Assembly (NCBI GenBank): GCA_964016885.1
Contig: OZ024741.1
Span: 235,538,001 to 235,602,000, forward strand
DNA length: 64,000 nt
Direction: 5' to 3'
Source: Eledone cirrhosa
Lineage: Eukaryota
The notes below the pieces were generated by a model. It saw only the letters and a list, made by a program, of their open reading frames with translations, was not told the origin of the DNA and ran no database searches. Below, in pieces: positions 12,618-25,275 of the stretch. Every line of letters begins with the position of its first letter. Positions within the stretch are counted from its first letter, which is position 1. A program made the position numbers and the translations under genes.

Positions 12618-12633
12618 TTAATCTGTTATTTTA

Positions 12634-12689
<56 letters not shown>

Positions 12690-12691
<2 letters not shown>

Positions 12692-12970
12692 CAGTATTGA
12701 CTGCCAATACTGGAATTGAATAATCAAGACCGTAGCGGTATGTCATATATCAAATCATATATTTTGTCTGATGGGGACGTACTTAAAAAACAACACAGTA
12801 CCTTTGAAATATATATAATAAAGTATATATTTTGATTATGAGAATATTTTTCATTTGTTAATATTTTGAATAATATTAAAAACTCCAAGAAATTTTTTTT
12901 GTTGAGTGCTTCAAATCTATTGTAAAATTGTATTCATTGAGTAATCAACGAATCATACTAATCTTTGGTC
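12690..12970 (+). mobile_element. PLE pLTR-like fragment with hammerhead (core CTGATGG) and 5' hairpin
   Basis: ccagtattg/caatactgg hairpin; hammerhead 12757-12828; same family at 28850, 34317 and 47850; between TA tracts. Confidence 0.75.
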
Positions 12971-13299
12971 ATATATATATATATATATATATATTATTAT
13001 TATTGTTATTATATACAAGCTGAACTGGACTGGGAAAGGTCAACAGTTGACATAATATTGATTTTGATTTTGATGATTTTGATTTTGATTTTGTATTTGT
13101 ATCAGTACTGTCGGTAATATATGTATATATATGTGTGTTTGTGAGTGGTGTGTGTGATTGTATGCATGAATGAGTGTTGGTATGTGAGTGGCGTGTGTGT
13201 GGTTGTGGTTTGTATGCATGAGTATTAGTGTGTGAGTGTTTGTGTGTGCGTCGTGTCAATAAGTTTTTATTTTTTTTTCATTTTTATGACCATGCTGTA

Positions 13300-16200
13300 A
13301 AATGGAGGGGTAGAGAGAGCCCTTGAGTCTAGTAAGACATCCTCTCTAGTGCTGGTGGCACAAATAAAAGCACCCAGTCCATGCTGTAAAGTGGCGCTGG
13401 TGTTAGGAAGGGCATCCAACCAGTGTATCAATGGCAAAACGCTTATCAGCACAGCAACAAATAGGAACAACAACAAAATATGAAGACGTCGCATCTCAGA
13501 GTTGCAACACTTAATGTTGGCACTCTCAGAGGTAGATCTGCTGAAATAGCGGAGATGCTGGAGAGAAGGCAGGTGGATGTGTGCTGCGTGCAAGAGGTGA
13601 GATGGAGAGGTGCCTCTGCGAGACTAGTCGTAGGCAAGCGTCTTAGCTATAAGCTATTCTGGGTAGGTAAGGATGATGGGCTAGGGGGAGTAGGCATTTT
13701 CCTGGCTGAGAAATGGATCAATAAGACAATAGAGGTAGTTCGAGTTAGTAATCGAATAATTAAGCTTAGATTAGTTGTAGGTAGGAGACTACTGACAATC
13801 ATCTCGGCCTATGCTCCCCAAGCAGGCCTAGGCAAAGATGAGAAAGACTGCTTTTATGAGCAACTTTTGCAAACAACCGCAATGACAGAGGACGGAGACA
13901 TTGTTATGCTAGCAGGAGACTTCAATGGTCATGTTGGACAGCTCCAGGATGGTTACACTGGGGTACATGGTGGGCACGGTTACGGTTCAAGAAATGAAGA
14001 AGGAGTGAGACTTCTTGAATTTTGTGATGCGGGTACATTGACTATTTGCAACACAAACTTCCAGAAACCTGCCAATCACCTAATAACCTACAAATCTGGT
14101 GAGCACATAAGCCAGATTGACTTCCTGCTAGTTAGGCAGCGGGACAGGCAGATAGTGTCTAATACCAAGGCATACCCTGGGGAAGAATGTACCCCACAGC
14201 ATAGGTTAGTTGTTAGTGATATCTCAGTAAGCAAGAGATGGAATGAGACATATAGGAAGGTGTGGAGAAGAAAGGTCTGGAAGCTAAAAGACCTTTCACT
14301 AAAATACAAATTTAGGAAAGCCCTTCAAGATGTATATGACGAAAAAGAAGACGATTTAGAGACGTATGACATAGATAATAACTGGAATTTCTTACGTGAC
14401 AACTTGCTGCAGGCTACTGATGAAACCTGTGGCTGGAGCAGAGCTCCAACCAGACAGAGTGACCTGGTGGTGGAACAGCACAGTAGATAAGGCTATTAGA
14501 GACAAAAGACTAGCATGGAAGGCTTGGAAAAAGGGTGGGAGTAGAGAAGAATATACAGCCACTAAGAGAGAAGCTAGACGTCAGGTGTACTTAGCACGCA
14601 GGGAGGCAGAGAGTAGGAGGTTTGCCAATGTTCTGCGACGGGAAGATCAGAGGCGTGCGGTGTTCCACATTGCAAGGCAGTGTGTCAATGCAAATCAGGA
14701 TGTTGTTGGAGATAAATGTGTCCGGGATGATGCCGGTGTACTTAGTGTCACGAATAATCAGAAAAAGGAGGCCTGGAAATGTCATTATGAGAGACTGATG
14801 AATGTGGAGAACGAATGGGAGAGAGAGAAATTACCCTTGGTGGATCCGACAGAGGGACCAGCTATTGAGATTGACGAATATAGGGTCCAAGAGGCGATTA
14901 GGGAAATAAAAATGGTAAGGCTGCCGGACCATCGGGAATAGTTGCTGAGATGCTGAAGGCATCAGGGGACGTAGGTATTAAACTGGTTGCACGCATCATA
15001 AATCAGGCTATATATGGTGGTATCATACCCAAAGACTGGTGCAGCAGTATTCTCATAAATTGCTACAAAGGTAAAATGGATGCTTTGGAGAGGAGCAATT
15101 ATAGGGGTATAAAACTGATAGATCAGGTTATGAAAGTGGTAGAAAGGATTTTAGCACAACTAATTAGAGACAGGGTCAAACGAGATGAGATGCAGTTTGG
15201 TTTTGTGCCTGGAAAGATTACAACAGATGCCCTCTTCTTGGTGAGACAATTGCAAGAGAGGTTCTTAGAGAAGAATAAGCCACTATACTTAGCCTTTGTT
15301 GACCTAGAGAAGGCCTTTGATAGGGTACCCCGATCTATCATCTGGTGGTCCCTAAGGAAGCTAGGTGTTGAGGAATGGCTTGCGAGGACAGTGCAAACTT
15401 TGTACAGAGGTACTCTCAGTAAAGTGAGGGTAGGAATGGAGTTTAGTGAGGAATTCCAGATACAAGTAGGAGTACATCAGGGTTCGGTCCTCAGCTCGCT
15501 CTTGTTCATTATAGTCCTCCAAGCCATAACAGAGGAGTTTAAGACTGGATGCCCATGGGAACTTCTCTATGCTGATGATCTGGTTCTTATAACAGAATCA
15601 ATAGAGGAGCTAGAGAATAAATTCTGGCTATCGAAACAGCAGTTGGAATCAAGAGGGCTGAGAGTGAACCTAGCTAAGACAAAAGTGTTGATGAGTAGAA
15701 AAGAGGACAAAACCCTGATTCCGTCAGGGAAATGGCCATGTTCGATATGCAGAAAAGGAACTGGCATAAATTCTATAAAATGCACACAATGCAGATCCTG
15801 GGTACACAAGAGATGTAGCGGGATAGCAGGCAAACTAACAGGTAGGGAGAAATATGTATGCAGTAGATGTACAGGGAAATTAGACAGTAGAAGTCGCATT
15901 GATAGACACATTCTTTCAAATGCAAGAGGCCGCTATAGAAGTGGTGGATAGCTTTCGGTACCTAGGAGATCAGATTAGCATGGGAGGAGGGTGTTCCGAG
16001 GCCATAGTATCTAGAATAAGGACGGGTTGGAAGAAGTTTAGGGAGCTGCTTCCTCTGTTGACGAAGAAGGGTTTCTCCCTGCGTACGAAAGGCCGGTTGT
16101 ATGATGCCTGTGTGAGGAGCGCGATGCTGCATGGTAGTGAGACATGGGCAGCAACTGCGGAGGATATGCGAAAGGCTGGAGAGAAATGAGGCAAGCATGC

Positions 16201-16561
16201 TCCGTTGGATGTGCAGTGTAAATGTGCGTGAACGACCCAGCATAAATGTGTTGAGAGAGAAACTGTGTCTGAAAGGAATAGAATGTAGTGTACGGGAGAG
16301 GAGACTGAGGTGGCATGGACATGTGATGCGCATGGAGGATGACCGATGGGTGAAGAAGTGCCAGGAATTGCCAGTTGAAGGAAGACGTGGTAGAGGTAGA
16401 CCACGAAAAACATGGGCGGAGGTGGTGAGAACAGACCTCAGATCATTGAAGCTCACGGTGGAGATGACGAGGGACCGTGACGAGTGGAGAGATGCTGTGC
16501 TGAATAAGACCCATCCCACCCTTGCAAGCAAGGAAAAGCGGACGTAAAATGATGATGATGA

Positions 16562-16565
<4 letters not shown>
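13300..16565 (+). mobile_element. Near full-length RTE-clade LINE (APE + RT), frameshifted
   Basis: ORFs 13480-14490 (TLNVGTL, QE, SAYAP, GDFNGH, IDF, PQH), 14396-14941, 14950-15951 (QFGF, FVDLEKAFD, QGSVLS, YADD) and 15899-16547; (GAT)n tail. Confidence 0.95.
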
Positions 16566-16598
<33 letters not shown>

Positions 16599-16626
16599 AT
16601 CAAAAGATGGTTAAAGGAGTTCCATG

Positions 16627-16697
16627 TATTTTATTATGCGCATTTCAAAAACAAACATCATCATGCAATAATATTTGTGTTTTCATCAGATAAAACA
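16627..16697 (-). ncRNA. Intact type-I hammerhead (mirror of 19066-19136)
   Basis: Reverse complement of the 19066-19136 motif. Confidence 0.85.
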
Positions 16698-17859
16698 GGA
16701 GAACATGATATGAAGGCTAAAAAACACTTGTGGATAGTGCAGTTTTAAATCAACATATGAAAAGTGATTTTAGATTGATGTGTGATATTGGGAAAAATAT
16801 TTTATTTAGAGAGGGGGGGTGGAAAGGATGAAAAAGGGGAGGAGATGAGAGGGAGAGATGGGTGATAGAGAGAAAGAAAGAGATAGTTTTTATAACTGAG
16901 AGGAGATATATTGTTTTACATAGAGAGGTTGAAAACCGTTGGAAGATAATGTATAAATTAAAAATTTGAAATTAACGAAGGGAGGATATGTGCGAGGAAA
17001 GAATATTTTATTTATGGAGGGGGGTGGGGTGGAAAGGATGAAAAAAGGGGGAGGAGATGAGAGTGAAGGTGGAGAGGGAGAGATGGGTGATAGAGAGAAA
17101 GAGATAGTTTTTATAACTGAGAAAAAGATATATTGTTTTACATAAATTAAAGGAATTTGAAAATTAACGAAGGGAATTTATGTATGAAGATAGAGAGAAA
17201 AAAAATAATTGTGGATGAATATTCTAACGTCAAAAAAAGTGTGTGTTGATAAGTATTGTGGCAATTTCAAAATTAACGAAGAGAAAAATTATTAAGGTTT
17301 GTGTGTAGAAGGATTTGAGAAAAATAATGTGAAGTTAAAGTTTGTATATTGAAGGAATTGATAATATATGCGAATAAAGAGTTAATATGTATTAAGAATG
17401 AGTTCGTTGATGGGGAGAAAAAAAAATAATAAATTAAGGATGAAATTGAGATTAAAAAGATTTATGATAGAGAGAAAAAATAATAATGATTGCGGATGAA
17501 TATTCTAACGTCAAAAAAATAAATGTATATGTTATGAAGGATTTTACAAGGTGAAGATAGAATGAGGGTAATGAGTAAACAAGTATTATAGAGTGTATAA
17601 TGCCCTTTAAAGTAAGGTGGGAAGATGGGTATATTTTAAAGAGGTGTATGTATATGTGCCTTTGAGAAAAGATTCTAAATTGATAAAGAATTGAATATTA
17701 ACTGTATACTTTGTGAAAAGTCCTATGGAATTTATGCAGGCAGATAGAAAATAAATCTGTACGTCTATTTATTATAGAATCTAGGTTAGAGATAATGGTA
17801 AATTTTTCATTTAGGCAGAGATTACAGATTTTAGATAGAGAGCTGTTCATTAAATATAC

Positions 17860-18059
17860 ATTAAATATACCATCTTTTGGAAGAAGTTTCTTCTGCATCC
17901 TCATACTTGAACAGCTCTCTATCTAAAATCTGTAATCTCTGCCTAAATGAAAAATTTACCATTATCTCTAACCTAGATTCTATAATAAATAGACGTACAG
18001 ATTTATTTTCTATCTGCCTGCATAAATTCCATAGGACTTTTCACAAAGTATACAGTTAA
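17860..18059 (+). pseudogene. C-terminal part of a PLE GIY-YIG endonuclease
   Basis: IKYTIFW..(frameshift)..SASSYLNSSLSKICNLCLNEKFTII...IINRRTDLFSICLHK fits the W..A..Y..CxLC..EK..I..(L/I)NxRxE/D..CxH pattern; mirrored at 17698-17849 (-). Confidence 0.75.
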
Positions 18060-19065
18060 TATTCAATTCTTTATCAATTTAGAATCTTTTCTCAAAGGCA
18101 CATATACATACACCTCTTTAAAATATACCCATCTTCCCACCTTACTTTAAAGGGCATTATACACTCTATAATACTTGTTTACTCATTACCCTCATTCTAT
18201 CTTCACCTTGTAAAATCCTTCATAACATATACATTTATTTTTTTGACGTTAGAATATTCATCCGCAATCATTATTATTTTTTCTCTCTATCATAAATCTT
18301 TTTAATCTCAATTTCATCCTTAATTTATTATTTTTTTTTCTCCCCATCAACGAACTCATTCTTAATACATATTAACTCTTTATTCGCATATATTATCAAT
18401 TCCTTCAATATACAAACTTTAACTTCACATTATTTTTCTCAAATCCTTCTACACACAAACCTTAATAATTTTTCTCTTCGTTAATTTTGAAATTGCCACA
18501 ATACTTATCAACACACACTTTTTTTGACGTTAGAATATTCATCCACAATTATTTTTTTTTCTCTCTATCTTCATACATAAATTCCCTTCGTTAATTTTCA
18601 AATTCCTTTAATTTATATAAAACAATATATCTTTTTCTCAGTTATAAAAACTATCTCTTTCTCTCTATCACCCATCTCTCCCTCTCCACCTTCACTCTCA
18701 TCTCCTCCCCCTTTTTTCATCCTTTCCACCCCCCACCCCCACCCTCCATAAATAAAATATTCTTTCCTTGCACATATCCTCCCTTCGTTAATTTCAAATT
18801 TTTAATTTATACATTATCTTCCAACGGTTTTCAACCTCTCTATGTAAAACAATATATCTCCTCTCAGTTATAAAAACTATCTCTTTCTTTCTCTCTATCA
18901 CCCATCTCTCCCTCTCATCTCCTCCCCTTTTTCATCCTTTCCACCCCCCCTCTCTAAATAAAATATTTTTCCCAATATCACACATCAATCTAAAATCACT
19001 TTTCATATGTTGATTTAAAACTGCATTATCCACAAGTGTTTTTTAGCCTTCATATCATGTTCTCC

Positions 19066-19136
19066 TGTTTTATCTGATGAAAACACAAATATTATTGCAT
19101 GATGATGTTTGTTTTTGAAATGCGCATAATAAAATA
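19066..19136 (+). ncRNA. Intact type-I hammerhead with palindromic loop 3
   Basis: tgttttat-CTGATGA-aaac..tttt-GAAA-T GCGC A-TA-ataaaata; AUA site, predicted cleavage after 19128. Confidence 0.85.
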
Positions 19137-20469
19137 CATATAACCGGTAAACAATAAATATGAAGATATATTTTTTTCTCATAATTATTTCAAAATATCT
19201 ATATTTTATTTTTTTAAATATCAACATTTTAATGATAATATAATTTAGAAATGAAAATCTGTCAATCTTGAATCTTGAAGCACCTCAGGGTAAACAATAT
19301 TCATTGTGTAATATTTTGTTGGTGTCCGAATGAATAAATTGTTGCTGCTTCCAACTCGTGAGCAACCAGCATAGAGTTGACCATGGAAGAAACATGTAGT
19401 AGAGAGATCAAGTCCAACTACATTGAAATAACAAATTTAGCTTGACTGGAAACTGAAGCTTTTAAATTCAAATGGAACAGCTGTAGGTATGAGAGGAATT
19501 TTTAGAATAAAGACATTCTTCTTTCAATATTGTAAACAAATAAGTAACAACATCCAAAAGAAATATATGTTAATCTCTATTTTTGTATGCAGTGTAAATT
19601 AACCAAATAGAAGCAAATTAGCCAAATATAAGCAAATGTATTAACTGCTAATTTAACGTACATATCCACATGAGGTTAAGGAGATAAATGGCAAAATACA
19701 TTGATCCAAGGTTAGTAAACAGAGGAAAGGTTCACAGACACATATGCAGATGATTCCATGTTGTCTTGAAGAACTTATGGTAGTACTTTTTTAATGACAG
19801 GTCAGCCATATTAAGCAGATCTATGATATAAACCTTTCAAATCTGAAGAGCTATGTTTCTTTTGAAAGTTATAGCTGCTCGTTCGAACAGGGTGGCCAGC
19901 ATTGCTGAGGTCTCTTTAACTGTTGTTGCTTAGACCCAGATTAGCATCATCCTTATAATCCATAATATTCTATCCATGATCATCTCCTCTCCTAGACATA
20001 GAACACAATGCTCATACAGAACTGATTTTTGTTTGGTTTCTACAACTGGATGCCCTTCATAACACCAACCACATTTACAATGTGTCCTTGGTACTTTTTA
20101 TCATGGCACCAAAAAGCCCACTTTACAGTATGAATAGGCTGGGACCGGCATCTTGCTTACATATGTGCGTGCAATCTACTGACTGCTCAGACAGACAGGG
20201 GGCATGTATCTTGATTAAATGTGTTCCTGCACTCTATCAAGTGCAATTTAGTTTGTCATCACAGGGGAGGCTGTTATGCCTTAAACACAACTGAAAAGTC
20301 CTCCTAACCCTTTGTTTGGCAAGTTTTCTATGACTGGACGCCCTTTCTACCAGCAACCATTGATAGAGTATTCTGGGTGCATTTAACATGTAGATCACCA
20401 AAACTAAGGAAGTTGTCATGTCTTTGACAAAACTGAAGAATCCTTCTGACTCTTTGTTTGACAAGTTTT

Positions 20470-20860
20470 GATGATGTATATATCATCATCATCATCATTA
20501 TCATTGTTTTTGTGTCCATTTTTCCTTGCTTTCTCCGCATGTCTCCACTCGCTGCATTTTTTGTCATCTTCTCTGTGAGTCTCAGCTATTTCACTGTCAT
20601 GCAGTTTTGCACTTCGCACACAAGCATACAAAGTCTTCCCTTCCTGTTAGTCCATCTGATATCCTACCTACACCTCTTGTGTATCCAAGATTTACATTGT
20701 GTACATCGTATAGAGTTTATACCTACTTCTTTTTTACATATTGAGCAGGGCCAATTCCCTGAGAGAATCAGTGTCCTATCTTCTTTCCTACTTACTAGTA
20801 CTTTAGTTTTGGCTAAGTTTACTCTTAGACCTTTTGATTCACGATCAATCAGCTTAAGGT
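20470..20860 (-). mobile_element. Degenerate RTE fragments
   Basis: ESKGLRVNLAKTKVL...WPCSICKK...WIHKRC and YACVRSAKLH; (CAT)n tail on +. Confidence 0.8.
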
Positions 20861-21211
20861 ACAATCGATACTGATCATGCTCAAATCTGGAATTGATTGC
20901 TCATCAGATTTATGGATGATTATGAGGATATATATATATATCATCATCATCGTCTTCCACTCATATCTATCTATCTATCTCTCTCTCTCTATATATATAT
21001 ATATATTTAACCTGTTAGTTTTTTCGTTGCTTTGGTATTGTGTTAGGTTTTGCCTACCACAATGTTCATTTTGTCAAGCTATTTAAATGTATGTTATTAC
21101 TCTAAGGACCTACCCTTATTGAGTGCTTTGCTAACTCATTCATATTGTAGGTCGACTTTGCTTGCCCACAGCCAAAGCTTCGATTTTACTAAGCTTCCAC
21201 TTGTATATACC

Positions 21212-22178
21212 ACCATCATCATCATCATCGTTTAACGTCCATATTCCACGCTTGCATGGGTTTGGAGGGGAGTTTTCCCACTTGAGGCAAGAGTGGTTGT
21301 CTTGCTCACATAGGACTGTCTGGCGGGTTTTCTACGGCTGGATGCCCTTCCTAACACCAACCACATTTACAGTGTGGAACTGGGAGGTTTTTACCGTGTT
21401 ACCTACACGGCCACATTACAGTGTGGACTGTGTGTTTTTTTTGTCGTGACACCTACACGACCTCATTTGTTTCGGACTGGATGTTGTGGTACCAACATAA
21501 CTTTACATTGAAAGGGGTGGTGTGGATGAGGTCGGGGTAGTGGGACGGGGGTGTATTTTGTTAGAGGTGCCTATTGACTGTAGTAGGTTTCACTTTGCAC
21601 TTAGGTAAGGCGGGTCTTCTCTATTACTGTGTAGCGCCAAAGATCTCGGTCCAGTGACATTGTCTTGGAGAGTTGTAAGTGTGTGAGGTCGGAATTTATC
21701 AAGTCGTCCCAGGTTTTTCTGGGTCTGCCTACTCCGTGGCTACCGTCTATTTTTATTGCCCTGCACTTTTTTATACAGCTGTCGTCTTTCATGCGCATCA
21801 AGTGACCATACCTATGTAGTCTTCTCTCGAGTAAACAACATCTGATCCCTCTTATTTCTAATTTCTCCCTTAGTTCGTTTATGCTTTGCCGTTCACGTAT
21901 ATTACTATTACACATCCAGCGGAGCATGCAAGCTTCATTTCTCTCCAGTCTGCGTATATCCTCTGCACACAATGCCCAGGTCTCACTGCCATGCAACATT
22001 GCTGTTCGTATGCAGGCATCATACAGCCTGCCTTTCATTTTTAGAGAGAACCCTTTAGCGGCCAATAGTGGTATAAGCTCTCTGAACTTTTTCCATCCCG
22101 TTCTGACTCTAGCTACTGTACTTTCAGAGCACCCTCCCCCACTGCTGATTTTGCCACCCAGGTAACGGAAGCTGTCCA
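21212..22178 (-). mobile_element. 5'-truncated RTE LINE
   Basis: ORF VDSFRYLGG...GRPRKTWDD; 3' UTR and (GAT)n tail. Confidence 0.9.
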
Positions 22179-22179
22179 C

Positions 22180-22206
<27 letters not shown>

Positions 22207-22210
<4 letters not shown>

Positions 22211-25200
22211 ATATTAATAAATGGAAACTATATTTATAAAACCATAATTATTTTATTATATATATTTCAAGGGCAACCAAGGTAAATTATGGTGTGCTTT
22301 CATCAGATAAAATACAAATTTGTTTTATAAATAAATATTGACATACCCGGAAAAAGACAACCTCAACGGTTGAAATTTGCTGGATATCCAGCAAATTTCA
22401 ACCATTGAGGTTGTCTTTTTCCGGGTATGTCAATATTTATTTCATCATCATCATCATCACCGTTTTACGTCCGTTCTTCCACGCTAGCATGGGTTAGACG
22501 GGTTGTCCTGTTGTGGGCAGTGTCTGGTCGGCTGACCATGCCTTGCTCATACAGGAACTGATCTGGCTTGATTTCTACAGCTGGATGCCCTTCCTAACAC
22601 CAACCTCATTTACAGTGAGTGCTGGGTGCTTTTTCGTGGCGCCTACACGTCCACTTTACAGTGTGGGCTGGGTGCTTTTTTGCCGTGGCACCTCCACGAC
22701 CACCTTGCGGTGGGGGGGGGGGGCATATTGTTTATATGCTTCAGCATGTACCCATGGGAGGTCGGGTACCCTGTATTACTGCGTGACGCCAGAAGTCACG
22801 GTCGTGTGTCATTGACTTTGAGAGGTGTAGTTGGGTAAGGTCGGCTTTTATCACCTCATCCCAAGTCATCTTGGGTCTCCCCACTCCGCGGTTTCCATCA
22901 ACTTCTAGTGCTCTGCACCTTTTTATGCAGCTGTCATCCTTCATACGCATCACATGTCCATACCAGCGTAACCGCCTCTCCTGCACGCAGCATTTGATTC
23001 CTCTTATGCTCAGTCTCTCTCTCAATTCATTTATGCTTTGTCGTTCACGTATATTACTGTTACACATCCATCGGAGCATGCAGGCTTCGTTTCTCTCTAA
23101 TCTACGTAAGTCTTCCACCTTCAGCGCCCAGGTCTCACTACCATGCAACATCGCTGTTCGGATACACGCATCATACAGTCTGCCTTTCATTCTGAGGGAG
23201 AAGCCTTTTGCAGCTAGCAGTGGTAGTAGTTCCCTAAACTTCTTCCATCCCGTTCTTACCCTAGTTATTGTACTTTCTGAGCACCCACCTCCGTTGCTAA
23301 TTCGGTCACCTAGGTAGCAGAAGCTGTCTACTGTTTCTACAGGGCCCTCCCAGAGATTGGTGGTACTTGTTTCCTGTGGCTGTTTGCTTGCTGTTTCAGC
23401 ACAGCTGCTGCATGTGAATCCTACATTCTTAATTAAGCTTCCTGAGATCCCGCTACATCTCTTGTGTACCCATTGTTTGCATTTGGGGCAAAGAATGGAG
23501 TTCCTACCTACACCTTTCCTACATACTGAGCAAGGCCATTTCCCTGAGGGGATCTGGGTTCTGTTTTCTCGTCTACTTATAAGGACCTTAGTCTTTGTCA
23601 TGTTGACTTTGAGGCCCTTTCTCTCTAGTCCCTGCTTCCAGGTTTGGAATTTATTCTCTAGTTCTACCATAGATTCAGCTATGAGTGCGAGGTCATCAGC
23701 ATACAGGAGTTCCCATGGGCATCCGGTCTTAAACTCCTCCGTTATTGCCTGCAGGACTATGATGAACAGGAGAGGGCTAAGAACAGAGCCCTGGTGGACC
23801 CCAACCTGTACGCTAAGTTCCTCGCTATACTCATTGCCAATCCTAACTTTGCTGACTGCTCCCCTATACATGGCTTGTACCGCTTTCACAAGCCATTCAT
23901 CTACTCCTAGTTTTCTAAGAGCCCACCAGATTACTGCACGTGGAACTCTGTCAAAGGCTTTCTCAAGGTCGACAAATGCCAAGTAGAGTGGCTTACTTTT
24001 AGCTAGGTACTTTTCCTGTAATTGCCTCACAAGGAAGAGCGCATCAGTGGTGCCTTTCCCTGGAACAAACCCAAATTGCATCTCGTCTATATTCACCCGG
24101 TCCCTAATCAGCTGTGCTATAACTCTTTCTGTTACTTTCATGACCTGGTCCATCAACTTTATACCTCTATAGTTTCCTCTATCTAGTGCATCGCCTTTAC
24201 CTTTGTAGCAGTTGACAATGATGCTACTGCACCAATCTTTTGGTATGGCCCCCTCTAGTATTACCTGGTTAACGATACGTGTGGTTATAGTGTGACCTAC
24301 AGACCCAGATGCCTTCAGCATCTCGGCAGCTATACCCGATGGACCGGTTGCCTTCCCTATCTTCATATCTCTGATTGCCTTACTTACTACGCTGCCGCTG
24401 ACTTGTACTGCTGGTCCCTCTATAGGGTCTACGTGGGGTAGGGTCTCTTCTTCCCATGCATTCTCCTCATTTAGTAATCTATCATAATGACTCTTCCATG
24501 CATCTTTCTTCTCAGCACTTGTGAGGGCAAGCTCACCTTTATCATTCCGGATACACTTCTCTCCAATGACATCACAACTATCTCTGACACACTGCCTCGC
24601 AATCTTGAATACCTCCTGTTTCTGGTCCTCACGTTGTAAAACATGCTTGAATTTTCTATCCTCTGCTTCCCTCCTAGCTAAGTATACTTGTCGCCTAGCT
24701 TCCCTCTTGGTCTCTATGTAATGTACCCTGCTCCCCCCGTTCTTCCATTCTTTCCATGCCTGTCTCTTGGCCTTGACTGCTTCATCTACCTTATTGTTCC
24801 ACCACCAAGTCACTCTCCTCCTGCTTGAGGTCTTACTCCAGCCACAAACCTCATCCGTCGCCTCTAGTAAGTTATTTTTTAGGAACTCCCAGTTCTCTTC
24901 TACGTTAAATGTCTCTATCTGTTCTTCTTTACTGTCGTAGGCGTTGAGTAAAATATCTTTAAATCTGTTACTGGTTGAGGGGACTTTCAGCTTCCAGATC
25001 TTTATTTATAAAACAAATTTGTATTTTATCTGATGAAAGCACACCATAATTTACCTTGGTTGCCCTTGAAATATATATAATAAAATAATTATGGTTTTAT
25101 AAATATAGTTTCCATTTATTAATATATTGTGTATTTACTCCACCCGCTGTTGAGTGCTTTATATCAGTTATAAAAATGTTTAAGCTTGTTGAATCCCAAC

Positions 25201-25220
25201 AAATTAAATATAACCTCTGC
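22207..25220. mobile_element. PLE-type fold-back hammerhead element (22207-22442 plus 25001-25220) interrupted by an RTE
   Basis: Palindrome centre ctggatatccag near 22386; hammerheads at 22249-22314 (-) and 25022-25087 (+). Confidence 0.85.
22443..25000 (-). mobile_element. Young 5'-truncated RTE LINE with uninterrupted RT ORF
   Basis: 690-aa ORF 22741-24813 with all RT motifs; TSD TTTATTT at 22436-22442 and 25001-25007. Confidence 0.95.
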
Positions 25221-25222
25221 AT

Positions 25223-25275
<53 letters not shown>

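Larger units (their letters stand above)
16624..19139. mobile_element. 2.5-kb palindromic Penelope-like element remnant (inverted 3' ends)
   Basis: Arms 16624-17849 and 17908-19139 nearly identical; each carries a GIY-YIG C-terminus and a terminal hammerhead. Confidence 0.85.

Noticed and set aside
23357-23986. Long antisense ORFs over the RTE RT
   Set aside because: Shadow ORFs of the RT frame with no recognisable domain
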